From Candidatus Magasanikiibacteriota bacterium (GTDB lineage: Bacteria; Patescibacteriota; Patescibacteriia; Magasanikbacterales; GWA2-37-8), in NCBI GenBank assembly GCA_963802255.1, contig CAWDHY010000001.1, positions 28,728 to 92,727 of the forward strand: 64,000 nucleotides of DNA. The letters are read 5' to 3'. The first letter of the stretch is position 1. Every line of letters starts with the position of its first letter. Below the pieces are notes generated by a model. That model did no database searches and was not told the origin of the DNA. It was given only the letters and a program-made list of their open reading frames with translations. A program made the position numbers and the translations under genes. Positions 19,901 to 28,955 of the stretch are shown one piece after another.

Positions 19901-20426
19901 TGTCTGTCTCAATCTCCAGCCACGCGCCGCGGTTTGGAATTATTTTCGCTCCATAGTATCTGCGGCCACGAACATTTTCACCGGTAAAAAATACACCAGC
20001 GGAACGGATAAGCTGTGATACAACAACGCGCTCAATGCCATTGACGATGAAAGTGCCGCGCTCTGTCATCACCGGCATGTCGCCCAAATAAATTTCCTGA
20101 GTTTTGCTCTGACCGGTCTTTTTATTTGTCAAACGCGCATTAACCCGTAATGGCGCCTCAAAAGTCATATTGCGATCACGGCATACCATTTCATCAAATT
20201 TCGGTTCATCCAAATAATATTCTTCCAAAAATAGTTCCAAATCTCTTTCAGAGAAGTCGGTAATAGGAGAAACTTCCTCAAAAAGATCCTTAACACCGAA
20301 CTTCAAAAAATGATCATAAGAATTTTTTTGAAGTTCGATCAGATCGGGAAAGGGCATAGCGTCTTTCACCGGAGTGAAAAAACTGCGCAATTCTGGAGTC
20401 ACTCCGCGGTATTTATATGAAGGCAT
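16998..20426 (-). CDS. rpoB: DNA-directed RNA polymerase subunit beta
   Basis: 1142 aa with conserved rpoB blocks. 26-bp gap to rpoC. Confidence 0.97.
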   Translation of the reverse strand: MPSYKYRGVTPELRSFFTPVKDAMPFPDLIELQKNSYDHFLKFGVKDLFEEVSPITDFSERDLELFLEEYYLDEPKFDEMVCRDRNMTFEAPLRVNARLTNKKTGQSKTQEIYLGDMPVMTERGTFIVNGIERVVVSQLIRSAGVFFTGENVRGRRYYGAKIIPNRGAWLEIETDMNNVLWVKIDRKRKVAVTSLLRAFGYDSDDKLREALKDANVNPHVDYVESTLAKDLAKNTDEGLIEVYKKIRPGDLATADNAKSLIYAMFFNFDRYDLSPVGVYKFDTKFDLSLSSEDYQKKENRVFSPEKLLLVVKEIIRLNSTQEDPDDIDHLGNRRIRAVGELVQNRFRVGLARMERVVKDRMSTYEVEQLTPNKLINARPVISAIKEFFMSSQLSQFMDQINVLSELEHKRRLSALGPGGLSRDRAGFEVRDVHNTHYGRICPIATPEGPNIGLVNHLASFARVNEFGFIETPYRKVLKEVANDASLTEGEILRGNIGGYKDGTQITKDVAKKLSSSKEKFIPVKSRLTGEIVYLNSFREEKSVTAPATTHVDEKGYFTEELVSARILGKPGVVSSSEVDYVDVSSNQIISVATACIPFLEHDDATRALMGTNMQRQAVPCIKPEPPLVGTGVERAAAENSGYIIKAPVEGEITELNGSHIVLTDKKGQIYKFLLKKFLRSNAATCVNQHPVVSIGEKVKKGQALTDGPCIKDGELALGQNVLVAYMIWDGFNYEDAVILSDRIMKKDRYTSINIEDYTVDIRETKLGPELVTSDIPNVSEEKLKNLDAEGIVRIGAEVKSGDILVGKITPKGETELSAEEKLLRAIFGEKARDVRDSSLYLEHGEHGKVIDVQVFCAENGDKLEPGVIKQVRVRVADMRKVQVGDKMSGRHGNKGVISRVVPVEDMPFLEDGTPVDIILSPLGVISRMNLGQILENHMGLAANELGYKVATPAFNGVTEEQIKSELGKAGFPLDGQSALFDGRTGEAFDHKVTVGYNYMLKLNHMVEDKIHQRSIGPYSLITQQPLGGRAQSGGQRFGEMEVWAIEAYGAAHVLQEILTIKSDDVPGRSKAYEAIIKGEDIKVVNVPESFNVLVRELKGLGLDVELLKRDNVGNYAPVKNEPSEAPKEVEAPVKTEKAEVVE

Positions 20427-20677
20427 AGGAATAAAAATTTTAAAAATTGAGAATAAATTATTTAAAAATTTTTAAGTGGACAAAAAAATCCCCCTGTGAT
20501 CAGGATTTTTTTCGAAGAATGCAGTATTTTAGTTTGATAGCAAGGTTGACATGAAATTGTTTTTACCTTGCGCGCAGCTCATCTATAAATGATAAATGGC
20601 CACACTTAGCCAAAAACTGGCTATTTATTTCCGCCTTGCCAATTGGCGCTAGCGGTTAATTTATTGAAAGTAGCTTG

Positions 20678-20706
20678 ATTTTATCGTAAAAATAGCGAAT
20701 TGTCAA
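20678..20706 (-). promoter_or_regulatory. Sigma70-type promoter for rpoBC (minus strand), TTGACA-17-TAAAAT
   Basis: Reverse complement of 20678..20706 is ttgacaattcgctatttttacgataaaat. The implied rpoB leader is about 245 nt. Confidence 0.55.
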
Positions 20707-20714
20707 CTTTGAAC

Positions 20715-20923
20715 GGTGGATAATTGTTTGTCAAGAATACCCACTTTTTCTGCTAATATTAGCCAAATATTAAAATATTCCAAAAAAGTTATCCACAGCT
20801 AGTCCACTGAAACACCCCTAGATACTCAATAACTTCTCCACCGAGACTATATTCATCTTGTTATCAGCGCACGTTGAAATTACGGCCAAACTAACATTTT
20901 TCTTCAAGAAATAATTATCCACA
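20715..20923. promoter_or_regulatory. Cluster of DnaA-box 9-mers in the rpoB-ftsK spacer
   Basis: TTATCCACA at 20789..20797 and 20915..20923, both perfect. TTATCCACC (reverse complement) at 20715..20723. Confidence 0.55.
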
Positions 20924-20924
20924 A

Positions 20925-20953
20925 TTGACATTGTCCGGATTCACTTCTAAAAT
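20925..20953 (+). promoter_or_regulatory. Sigma70-type promoter towards ftsK, TTGACA-17-TAAAAT, with its -35 abutting a DnaA box
   Basis: ttatccacaaTTGACAttgtccggattcacttcTAAAAT. The implied leader is about 270 nt. A stem plus U-run at 21139..21170 lies about 60 nt before the ftsK ATG. Confidence 0.5.
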
Positions 20954-21228
20954 ATTTAACAACGTTAAAAATTTTTTACCTCTATAAAGCTGCGGTGGAG
21001 CTGATGTCTTAATCGAATCATTTTTTAGAAGCAATCTCTCTTCACCCTTCTTCAGCTTTTTAGCTGTATTAGGGTGGCGCGTCTAGAAAGATTCGTCTCT
21101 TAATACATGCAGCTCTTTTCGCAGCTTCATGGAGGTAAAACTCGGTTCTTTAATTTGGCCGGGTTTTTTTATACACACGATATTATTTGTTTATACCGCT
21201 AAAAAATGCTAAAATATCATCAACTATT

Positions 21229-23592
21229 ATGAGCAGAATTCCGAAAAACAAAACTATCTCAGAACGGCAATCTAACCTTGGCCCGCAAATTAGCCATGGT
21301 CTTTTATCTATCTTGCTTTTTATTGTCGCCGGTCTGGCCACCTTGAGTTTTTTTGACATGGCCGGAGTAGCCGGAAAATTTATTGACTCTCTTTTAGCTC
21401 TAACCTTTGGCCAGGTTCGCTATGTCTTCCCCGTAATTCTTATTATCGTCGCCATTCTTCTGATAAAAGACCTCGACTATGAATATCGGTCCACCCATAT
21501 ACTTGGATCAATACTATTTTTTCTTAGCTTTAACGGTATTGTCCATCTATATAAACCGGCAGCAGAAATGGTCGATTTGGCGATGCAAGGCTATGGTGGC
21601 GGCCTCGTAGGATTGGCATTCGGCTGGCCACTGGGAAATTATGTCGGTTTTTGGGGAGGATTTATTATCCTGGCCGGGTTAGTTTTAATATCAATAATTT
21701 TTATTTTTAACACTTCGCTCGCTGAGCTGGTCGCATTAAACAAAAAAGTTTTTTTGGCTCTCGGCTGGTTTGGAAAACAAATCATCACTTTTTTTGGCGC
21801 ATTTAAGAAAGATGACAAATTGGAAATGCGCATTGAGGGTGAATATGAGCCGGTAAAGGCCAAAAAACCACACCCCGTTCAGGATGATGAAGAAGAGGCG
21901 GATGATGACGACGAACGTCCTGTTTTTGAAAAGAAATTAATTGCTAAAGAACAAAAAATCGAAAAAGATGAGGAAGAAAAAGAAAGTATCACCGGCAAAG
22001 AGATGGTTAGGCCAACCACTCTTGACTCAAACTATAAATGGCCTTCGTTTGATTTACTTTTTACTTCAAAGTCAAAACCGACATCAGGCGATATTAAAAG
22101 CAACGCCGAGGTCATTAAAGACACCTTTCATAATTTTGGAATTGAGGTTGAAATGGGCGAGATTCGTGTCGGCCCGACAGTAACACAATATTCTCTGAAA
22201 CCGGCTAAAGGCATAAAACTTGCGCGTATCACTGGATTATCAAACGACCTTGCTTTAGCACTTGCGGCTCACCCGATACGCATTGAAGCACCGATTCCCG
22301 GAAAATCGCTTGTCGGTATTGAAGTGCCAAACCAAAAAGTCGCCATGGTCACGCTCCGGGAACTATTAGAAAGTCAGGAATACAAAACACGCGGCCACAA
22401 TATGGCAATCGCTCTTGGAAAAGATGTGGCCGGGAAAGTATGGTTTGCCGATTTACCAAAAATGCCTCATCTGCTTATTGCCGGAACTACCGGCTCAGGA
22501 AAAACCGTTTGTATAAATACTGTAATATTAAGTTTATTGTATCAAAATTCTCCGGAAACATTGCGCTTTATTATGGTCGATCCCAAAAGAGTCGAGTTAA
22601 CCCTGTATAATGGCATTCCTCATTTACTTACTCCTGTAATTACCGACCCGGCAAAAACAGTGGCCGCTTTAAAATGGACAATTAATGAAATGGAACGACG
22701 TTTTGACATGTTGGCTTCGAGCGGCTGCCGGGACATAAGCTCATATAACAAACGCTCCTCAGAAAAAATGCCGAACATAGTTTTCGTTATTGATGAACTT
22801 GCCGACCTGATGGCGATGGCCGCTTCTGAAGTTGAAGCTGGAATCATTCGTATCGCTCAAATGGCGCGCGCGGTCGGCATTCACCTGGTAGTCGCGACGC
22901 AAAGACCGAGTGTTGAAGTTATCACTGGCCTAATGAAAGCAAATATCCCCGCGCGCATTGCCTTCTCTGTTGCGTCACTAATTGATTCGCGGACAATTCT
23001 TGACTGTCCCGGAGCGGAAAAACTACTCGGACGCGGAGATATGCTTTATCTGACAGCCGATCTGTCCAAACCAAAACGTGTTCAAGGCGCATTTGTGTCT
23101 GAAGAGGAAATGAAACGCGTAGTTGATTGCGTAAAAGGAGATGAACCGCCGGTATATGATGAAACAATTGTTGCAAAGACTTCTTCGGCCGGAGGCACGA
23201 TGAATTTATTCGGAGGCCCGAGTGATGACCGCGATCAACTTTTTGATGAAGCAAAAGCGATTGTAATTGAATCAAAAAAAGCTTCGGCATCGCTTCTACA
23301 GCGTCGTATGAAGGTGGGATACGCACGAGCCGCGCGACTGCTTGACGAGATGGAAGAAGCTGGTATAGTAGGACCAGCGGACGGCGCAAAACCCAGGGAA
23401 GTTTTTACTGAACATCTATCCCCGGAACCTGAAGAAGAGATGCCACCAGATGAAGCGACAATGGATGCCGGAGGTACAATTTTTGATGACGTGGAAAGAC
23501 AAGAAGAAATATCTGGGGAAGACACGACAGAAGAAAACCTGCCTGAAAACGGAGAAGAGCTGCCGGCCGAAAATGAAGAAACAATACAATAA
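21229..23592 (+). CDS. ftsK: DNA translocase FtsK/SpoIIIE
   Basis: N-terminal TM helices. Walker A GTTGSGKTVCIN. C-terminal gamma domain. The ATG at 21229 is preferred over the TTG at 21187. Confidence 0.9.
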   Translation: MSRIPKNKTISERQSNLGPQISHGLLSILLFIVAGLATLSFFDMAGVAGKFIDSLLALTFGQVRYVFPVILIIVAILLIKDLDYEYRSTHILGSILFFLSFNGIVHLYKPAAEMVDLAMQGYGGGLVGLAFGWPLGNYVGFWGGFIILAGLVLISIIFIFNTSLAELVALNKKVFLALGWFGKQIITFFGAFKKDDKLEMRIEGEYEPVKAKKPHPVQDDEEEADDDDERPVFEKKLIAKEQKIEKDEEEKESITGKEMVRPTTLDSNYKWPSFDLLFTSKSKPTSGDIKSNAEVIKDTFHNFGIEVEMGEIRVGPTVTQYSLKPAKGIKLARITGLSNDLALALAAHPIRIEAPIPGKSLVGIEVPNQKVAMVTLRELLESQEYKTRGHNMAIALGKDVAGKVWFADLPKMPHLLIAGTTGSGKTVCINTVILSLLYQNSPETLRFIMVDPKRVELTLYNGIPHLLTPVITDPAKTVAALKWTINEMERRFDMLASSGCRDISSYNKRSSEKMPNIVFVIDELADLMAMAASEVEAGIIRIAQMARAVGIHLVVATQRPSVEVITGLMKANIPARIAFSVASLIDSRTILDCPGAEKLLGRGDMLYLTADLSKPKRVQGAFVSEEEMKRVVDCVKGDEPPVYDETIVAKTSSAGGTMNLFGGPSDDRDQLFDEAKAIVIESKKASASLLQRRMKVGYARAARLLDEMEEAGIVGPADGAKPREVFTEHLSPEPEEEMPPDEATMDAGGTIFDDVERQEEISGEDTTEENLPENGEELPAENEETIQ

Positions 23593-23595
23593 TCT

Positions 23596-24315
23596 GTGTC
23601 AATATTCTGCTTCAAAAAATTAAACCCGCCCAAACAGCGGCTGGGTCAGAAATTGCGCGTAACACGCGAGGCTTTTGGCGTTGATGTCTTAACGGCCTCT
23701 CACGCTATACGTGTTCCGGCAAAATATGTGGAAGCGCTGGAAAAAAATCATTTTAGCGAGCTACCCAAAGCAAAGGTCTACCGCCAAAATTATATAAAAG
23801 AATACGCGAAATTTTTGCACCTGAATGAAGACGAAATTCTTGAACAATTTTCCAATGAAAATGGTTTTAAAGGTATTGATATTGCACATCCCAAACAATC
23901 AGTAAAAAATGCTCCGCTTTTTTCAATCTCAATCTTAGCTCGCAACCTGCTTATCGCCTGTTTTATCCTGCTTTTTGCCGGATATTTATCATGGCAAGTT
24001 AAGCGGGTACTTGAACCACCCCGCCTCATCGTGTACAATCCTGCGGAAGGTATAACGATGACTGAAAGAACGGTCGCGGTACAGGGCGAAACGGAAAGGG
24101 AATGCAAACTGGCAATTAATGGGCAGGAAATAATGCCTGATGAAAAAGGACGTTTTAATCTGCAAGTGGACCTTTCTGACGGATTAAATACAATCGTTAT
24201 AACCGCCACAAAAAAACACGGAAAAATTTCAACGGTAACGCGGCACATTGTAGTGAAAAATATCGGATATATAGAAAGAAAAATTAGTTTTTTAAATTAT
24301 TTTTATCCAAACTAA
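23596..24315 (+). CDS. rodZ: RodZ-like cytoskeletal protein (HTH + TM + C-terminal domain)
   Basis: N-terminal XRE-like HTH ([25 protein letters not shown]). Single TM ([14 protein letters not shown]). Periplasmic C-terminal domain. Confidence 0.65.
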   Translation: MSIFCFKKLNPPKQRLGQKLRVTREAFGVDVLTASHAIRVPAKYVEALEKNHFSELPKAKVYRQNYIKEYAKFLHLNEDEILEQFSNENGFKGIDIAHPKQSVKNAPLFSISILARNLLIACFILLFAGYLSWQVKRVLEPPRLIVYNPAEGITMTERTVAVQGETERECKLAINGQEIMPDEKGRFNLQVDLSDGLNTIVITATKKHGKISTVTRHIVVKNIGYIERKISFLNYFYPN

Positions 24316-24326
24316 CCGGACAAATT

Positions 24327-25400
24327 ATGGCAAAGCAAGTAAGCGAGGAGGTTCAAAATAAATTAAAGGCGGCTGAAAGTGCAATTGAACAAATCAAATC
24401 AAGATTTGGCGAGGGCGCAATTATGAAATTCGGCGAATCAAGAACAATGCAGGTAGACACTGTACCTACCGGCTGTTTATCACTTGATATCGCTCTGGGT
24501 GTACGAGGTGTACCGCGCGGCCGCGTAATTGAAATCTACGGTCCGGAGGCATCCGGTAAAACCACTTTGGCTCAGCATATTGTGGCTGAAGTTCAAAAAC
24601 TAGGTGGTATCGCCGCTTTTGTCGATGCCGAGCATGCTCTGGACCCTGATTACGCAAAAAAAATAGGTGTCAAAATTGACGAACTGTTAATCTCACAACC
24701 CGACACCGGCGAACAAGCGCTTGAGATTGTTGAAACGCTGGTACGTTCAAACGCTGTGGACATTGTTGTAGTTGATTCGGTGGCCGCGTTGGTACCAAAA
24801 GCGGAAATTGAAGGTGATATGGGCGATTCACACATGGGTCTGCAAGCACGCCTTATGAGCCAAGCACTCCGTAAGCTAACCGGTGTCATTTCCAAGTCAA
24901 AAACCGTGTTGGTTTTTATTAACCAGACCCGCATGAAAATTGGGATTGTTTTTGGTAATCCGGAAACAACTACCGGCGGCGTCGCCTTAAAATTCTATTC
25001 ATCCATCAGAATTGAAGTGCGTCGCTCGGCCCAGATTAAACAAGGTGATAAAATTATCGGCAATCGGGTAAAAGTGAAAGTCGTTAAAAACAAAGTGGCT
25101 CCTCCGTTTACAACCACTGAGTTTGATATTATGTACAATGAAGGAATATCTATTTCCGGCGATGTGCTCGATACGGCAACAAACTATAAAGTGATTGACA
25201 AAAGAGGAAATAGTTATATGTTTGGTGAAGAAAAGCTCGGTGTCGGCAGAGAAAACGCCAAGAACTATCTGAAAGCAAATCCAAAATTACTGGAAACGAT
25301 AAAAAAGGCGACTATAAAAAAATCCGAAGAGGGTGAACTTCTGGAGGGTGAGGGCGTAATGCCGCCGAATGAAGATGCGCCGCTACCAACGGAAGAATAA
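24327..25400 (+). CDS. recA: Recombinase RecA
   Basis: [13 protein letters not shown] Walker A. 357 aa. Confidence 0.97.
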   Translation: MAKQVSEEVQNKLKAAESAIEQIKSRFGEGAIMKFGESRTMQVDTVPTGCLSLDIALGVRGVPRGRVIEIYGPEASGKTTLAQHIVAEVQKLGGIAAFVDAEHALDPDYAKKIGVKIDELLISQPDTGEQALEIVETLVRSNAVDIVVVDSVAALVPKAEIEGDMGDSHMGLQARLMSQALRKLTGVISKSKTVLVFINQTRMKIGIVFGNPETTTGGVALKFYSSIRIEVRRSAQIKQGDKIIGNRVKVKVVKNKVAPPFTTTEFDIMYNEGISISGDVLDTATNYKVIDKRGNSYMFGEEKLGVGRENAKNYLKANPKLLETIKKATIKKSEEGELLEGEGVMPPNEDAPLPTEE

Positions 25401-25437
25401 AATAAAAAAAACTGCCAACCTGAAATTGGCGGTTTTT

Positions 25438-26490
25438 TTATTTCCAAACACCGACTATTTTTTTACCGCATTTTAAACAAGAGAAGTTTTTTAAAATATT
25501 TTTTTCAACTGAAAAACCGTGGCGCTCCAGAAGCGGTTCACCACAAACCGGGCACATCGTCGTGCTCATCTTTTTATCAAAAATATTGCCGGCATAAACA
25601 TAATGCAAGCCCGCTTTAATCCCAATATTACAAGCCCTTTCCAGACTCGCCAAAGTAGCGGCCGAATTATCAGCCATCTGATAAGCGGGGTAAAACGCGG
25701 ATATATGCCAAGGAATATCCGCTGAAATATCTTTGATAAAATTTGCGATATCACGCAATTCTTTTTCACTATCATTTTTATCCGGTACAAGCAGGGTGGT
25801 GACCTCAAGCCATTTCCCGCGTCCATGAATTTCCCGAATCGTTTCAAGCACGGGTGCAAGTTTTGCCTTACAAATTTTTTGGTAATACTTTTCGCTAAAA
25901 CTTTTTAAATCAATGTTATATGCATCAATATACGGCTCCAAAAAATCAAGCGTTTCTTTTGTTTCATAACCATTGGAAACAAATACACCCTTGATACCAT
26001 GCAGCTTCGCCAGTTTCATCACATCAGCCGCGTATTCAGCAAAAATTGCCGGCTCATTATACGTAAAAGCAATCGCCGGAATGCGATGCTCAACGCAAAA
26101 ATTAACAACCTCCTCGGGAGATAATTCTTCGCCTGATTTGGTGATATTTTCTCCGGTGCCACCAACTCTGCTTGCCTGGGAAATATCAAAATTCTGACAA
26201 AACTCACAGCCAAAATTGCAGCCGACCGTCCCAATGGAAAATATTTTTGAGCCGGGTAAAAAATGATATAGAGGCTTTTTTTCCACCGGGTCAACACCTG
26301 CCGAAACAGCCCGGCCATAAACAAGTAAAAATAATTTCCCCCCGATGTTCTGCCTCACCCCGCAGGCGCCTCTTTTACCGTCTCCGATACTACAACGCCA
26401 AGAGCAAGCTGAGCACTCAACAGCTTTTTTATCTTTTATTGTATATAAGACAACTTCTTTCATATTATGAATAATAGCAAAATTAAACAT
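25438..26490 (-). CDS. Radical SAM enzyme, AmmeMemoRadiSam/PflA-like
   Basis: CNFGCEFCQN (CX3CX2C) with YHFLPGS upstream. N-terminal Cys cluster CSACSWRC. Confidence 0.7.
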   Translation of the reverse strand: MFNFAIIHNMKEVVLYTIKDKKAVECSACSWRCSIGDGKRGACGVRQNIGGKLFLLVYGRAVSAGVDPVEKKPLYHFLPGSKIFSIGTVGCNFGCEFCQNFDISQASRVGGTGENITKSGEELSPEEVVNFCVEHRIPAIAFTYNEPAIFAEYAADVMKLAKLHGIKGVFVSNGYETKETLDFLEPYIDAYNIDLKSFSEKYYQKICKAKLAPVLETIREIHGRGKWLEVTTLLVPDKNDSEKELRDIANFIKDISADIPWHISAFYPAYQMADNSAATLASLERACNIGIKAGLHYVYAGNIFDKKMSTTMCPVCGEPLLERHGFSVEKNILKNFSCLKCGKKIVGVWK

Positions 26491-26551
26491 TTATTAACAG
26501 AAAAACCAGCCGGACGGCTGGTTGAAGAAAGGTGCTTCGATGATTGGAGTA

Positions 26552-26941
26552 TCAGAGAAAGGAGCGGACTCTGGACAGGAATTCATTTGCGGGGCATGGC
26601 GCCTTCTCAATGGCGCCGACAAAACCAAATGAACGTATTTCGTTCGCGCTCAGATGAGCGACTGCGCTTGAGTACAATATCGCCCTGACGCGCATGTCTA
26701 TCTTGAGCAGTTGGTGAACAGCGATCTTGCCTTCATCCTTTTCATGTATGCCCTGCATATCAAGTAGGACGAGGTCAAATGGTTCGCCGTTGGTGCGTGC
26801 CGTAGCATATGCGTTTACGGCATCAAAACGGTCACTCACTGTCACCACTTCAAACTCTCGCGACAGCATCCTTCTAACCGCCCGTCGCACACTCTCGATA
26901 TCATCCATGACCAAAACACGCCTTTTTTTATCCGTCATCAC
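26552..26941 (-). CDS. Stand-alone response-regulator receiver (CheY-like REC) domain protein
   Basis: VLVMDD acidic pocket. Phospho-acceptor D in LVLLDM. Conserved K near the C-terminus. No output domain. No histidine kinase in the window. Confidence 0.7.
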   Translation of the reverse strand: MMTDKKRRVLVMDDIESVRRAVRRMLSREFEVVTVSDRFDAVNAYATARTNGEPFDLVLLDMQGIHEKDEGKIAVHQLLKIDMRVRAILYSSAVAHLSANEIRSFGFVGAIEKAPCPANEFLSRVRSFL

Positions 26942-27119
26942 CCCTCCTGGTTTTAAAAAACTGTTTTGAGAACGAAATACCGCATAAAGAATAGCACATT
27001 ATTATCGTTTTGTCAACCCTTTTCCTGTTCTTGCACGGTTCTCGGAGCTATGATAAACTTGGTTTAATATTAAAAAATGTCCCAATTTGTATTTTGGGAC
27101 GTAAAATACATTCTAAATT

Positions 27120-27797
27120 ATGGATAACGCAACAATTCCTACGCCTCAGACAACTCCATCGCCAGTCGGCCCGGTCAATGGAGGCGGAAATAATAAAACG
27201 CTGATAATAGTGATTATTGCAGTAATCGTAATCGGAGGCGGTTATTGGGCTTTCCACAGATGGCAGCAGCAACGCGCAGTTTCAAATCTTTTAAAGGGTT
27301 TAGGTATGGATGGCGGAGCGGCCAATATGCTTGGTGAAGGCATGGCAAATTTTGCCGATGAAATGGCCAAGGAAGCGGCGAGAGAAGAAGCAGAAGCAAA
27401 CAAAAGTCCGGCTGATAAATTTCGAGATGCTGAGGTAATCGAAATCGCCAATGATTCCCACAGTGAATTGGCGTCAGAAATAGAAGATGCTATAAAAAAG
27501 ATTTTTGATGATGCCAAAGTAACAGGTTTTACCAGCGGCTATATGGGTATGAACAGCGGTTCAGGCGTGGTACAATATACAGTGCCAAAACTTCTCGCCT
27601 TAAATGATATAAATGATTTAAGTAAAGAACTCCAAAATAACGGATTCACAATAATGACAACCGGACAGCAAAGTGAATCTGCCACAATTATGGCGCAAAA
27701 GGATTCTGTGACTTATACTGTAGGCTATAATAAAGACGAGCAAGAGATTACAGTGATTATTATTAAGACCGAAGGCGAGGTCGGCGCTTCGGAATAA
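27120..27797 (+). CDS. Hypothetical membrane-anchored protein
   Basis: Pro/Thr-rich N-terminus, then a single TM (LIIVIIAVIVIGGGYWAF). Confidence 0.5.
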   Translation: MDNATIPTPQTTPSPVGPVNGGGNNKTLIIVIIAVIVIGGGYWAFHRWQQQRAVSNLLKGLGMDGGAANMLGEGMANFADEMAKEAAREEAEANKSPADKFRDAEVIEIANDSHSELASEIEDAIKKIFDDAKVTGFTSGYMGMNSGSGVVQYTVPKLLALNDINDLSKELQNNGFTIMTTGQQSESATIMAQKDSVTYTVGYNKDEQEITVIIIKTEGEVGASE

Positions 27798-27825
27798 ATT
27801 ATTTGTTAATTAATTATTTTTATAT

Positions 27826-28245
27826 ATGGACGAACAGCAATTAAATCAACAGCCAGCTGCGCCGCAACCGGCCCCAGCGCCAACTCCGGCTCCGGCACCG
27901 CAACCGGCCCCAGCGCCATCTCATCCGGCTGGAAACCAGCCAAACTCAGGAATGGCGATAGTCGCATACATATTATTTTTCATCCCACTTTTGACTGACG
28001 CGAAAAATGATCCGTTTGTAAAATTCCACGTGAAGCAAGGTATCGTAATCTTCGGGCTTGCCGCTATTCTATGGGTAATCCGCATGATGATGCCATGGTA
28101 TTGGCTTTGGAATTTTTATTGGATATTTAATCTGGTTGGTCTTGCCATTCTGGTATTCGCTATTATCGGCATCGTCAACGCTGCCAACGGCAAACAGGAA
28201 AAATTGCCGCTGATCGGCAAATTGGGAGACATGTTCAAGTTCTAA
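27826..28245 (+). CDS. DUF4870-like small membrane protein with a Pro/Ala-rich N-terminus
   Basis: AYILFFIPLLTDAKNDPFVKFHVKQGIV matches the DUF4870 signature. The N-terminus is encoded by a tandem DNA repeat (caaccggccccagcgcca, two copies). Confidence 0.55.
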   Translation: MDEQQLNQQPAAPQPAPAPTPAPAPQPAPAPSHPAGNQPNSGMAIVAYILFFIPLLTDAKNDPFVKFHVKQGIVIFGLAAILWVIRMMMPWYWLWNFYWIFNLVGLAILVFAIIGIVNAANGKQEKLPLIGKLGDMFKF

Positions 28246-28288
28246 ATAATAAAAAACACTCCTCGTCCAGGGGTGTTTTTTTATTTTC

Positions 28289-28933
28289 TTATTTTTTTAT
28301 CAGTCTATTGTACAAAAAATAAGAATATACAAACGGAATAAACGCGGCGGATAACACAGTTACCATTACAATCCAGATGGCAATATCCGTGAAAAAAATC
28401 CCGAGCAGAGAAATTATGCCCGCTGCCTTAAATAATTTAGCACCCAAAACATGCGTTTTTTTCCATACTTCTTCACTACTTAGTGTCCACGGCGTACGAA
28501 TGCCAATAGAAAAATTCATCTGCGCTTTCCCTATCATCACTCCGACATAATAAAATAGAGCCGCAAATGCCGGTATCAAAAATTTGACCATATCAAATCC
28601 TCCGCCGATATTCCACCATAATGTCAGGACGTAGAGATACAACAGAAAAATAAAAAGTAAAATAATAAAGTTGTCAAAATACTTGCGAAACTTTTCGATA
28701 TTTTCTTTTTTAGGGTCAATGCGTGGCACCACTAACAACATGATATACATTGCCATAGATATTATCGGCATTAAAAAAACACCCCAAAACTTCGACATAT
28801 AGCCGTTTACTTCACCCGCGGAATTCCAGTGGCTCGCCATTTTTTCCGGCAGAACCGGGTAAAAAATCAGACCGATAATGACGGACATCAGCACAACTAA
28901 CAAAGATACGGCTTCGCTCTTATTTATTTTCAT
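28289..28933 (-). CDS. SdpI/YhfL-family membrane protein (immunity-protein-like)
   Basis: GIRTPWTLSSEEVWKKTH is the SdpI family signature. Multi-TM. The start is taken at MKINKSEAV to avoid overlapping the upstream GT4. Confidence 0.6.
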   Translation of the reverse strand: MKINKSEAVSLLVVLMSVIIGLIFYPVLPEKMASHWNSAGEVNGYMSKFWGVFLMPIISMAMYIMLLVVPRIDPKKENIEKFRKYFDNFIILLFIFLLYLYVLTLWWNIGGGFDMVKFLIPAFAALFYYVGVMIGKAQMNFSIGIRTPWTLSSEEVWKKTHVLGAKLFKAAGIISLLGIFFTDIAIWIVMVTVLSAAFIPFVYSYFLYNRLIKK

Positions 28934-28955
28934 ACCTAACAAAAAATTGAACAAA

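Noticed and set aside
13102-25400. Inteins or introns in rpoC, rpoB, ftsK or recA.
   Set aside because: Protein lengths and motif spacing are normal for these families. No insertions evident.
27850-27925. Tandem DNA repeats (caaccggccccagcgcca, two copies) and the GGTGTTG-type repeat at 45100..45160.
   Set aside because: They encode Pro/Ala and Thr/Pro linker peptides within CDSs. Low-complexity coding repeats, not regulatory or mobile elements.
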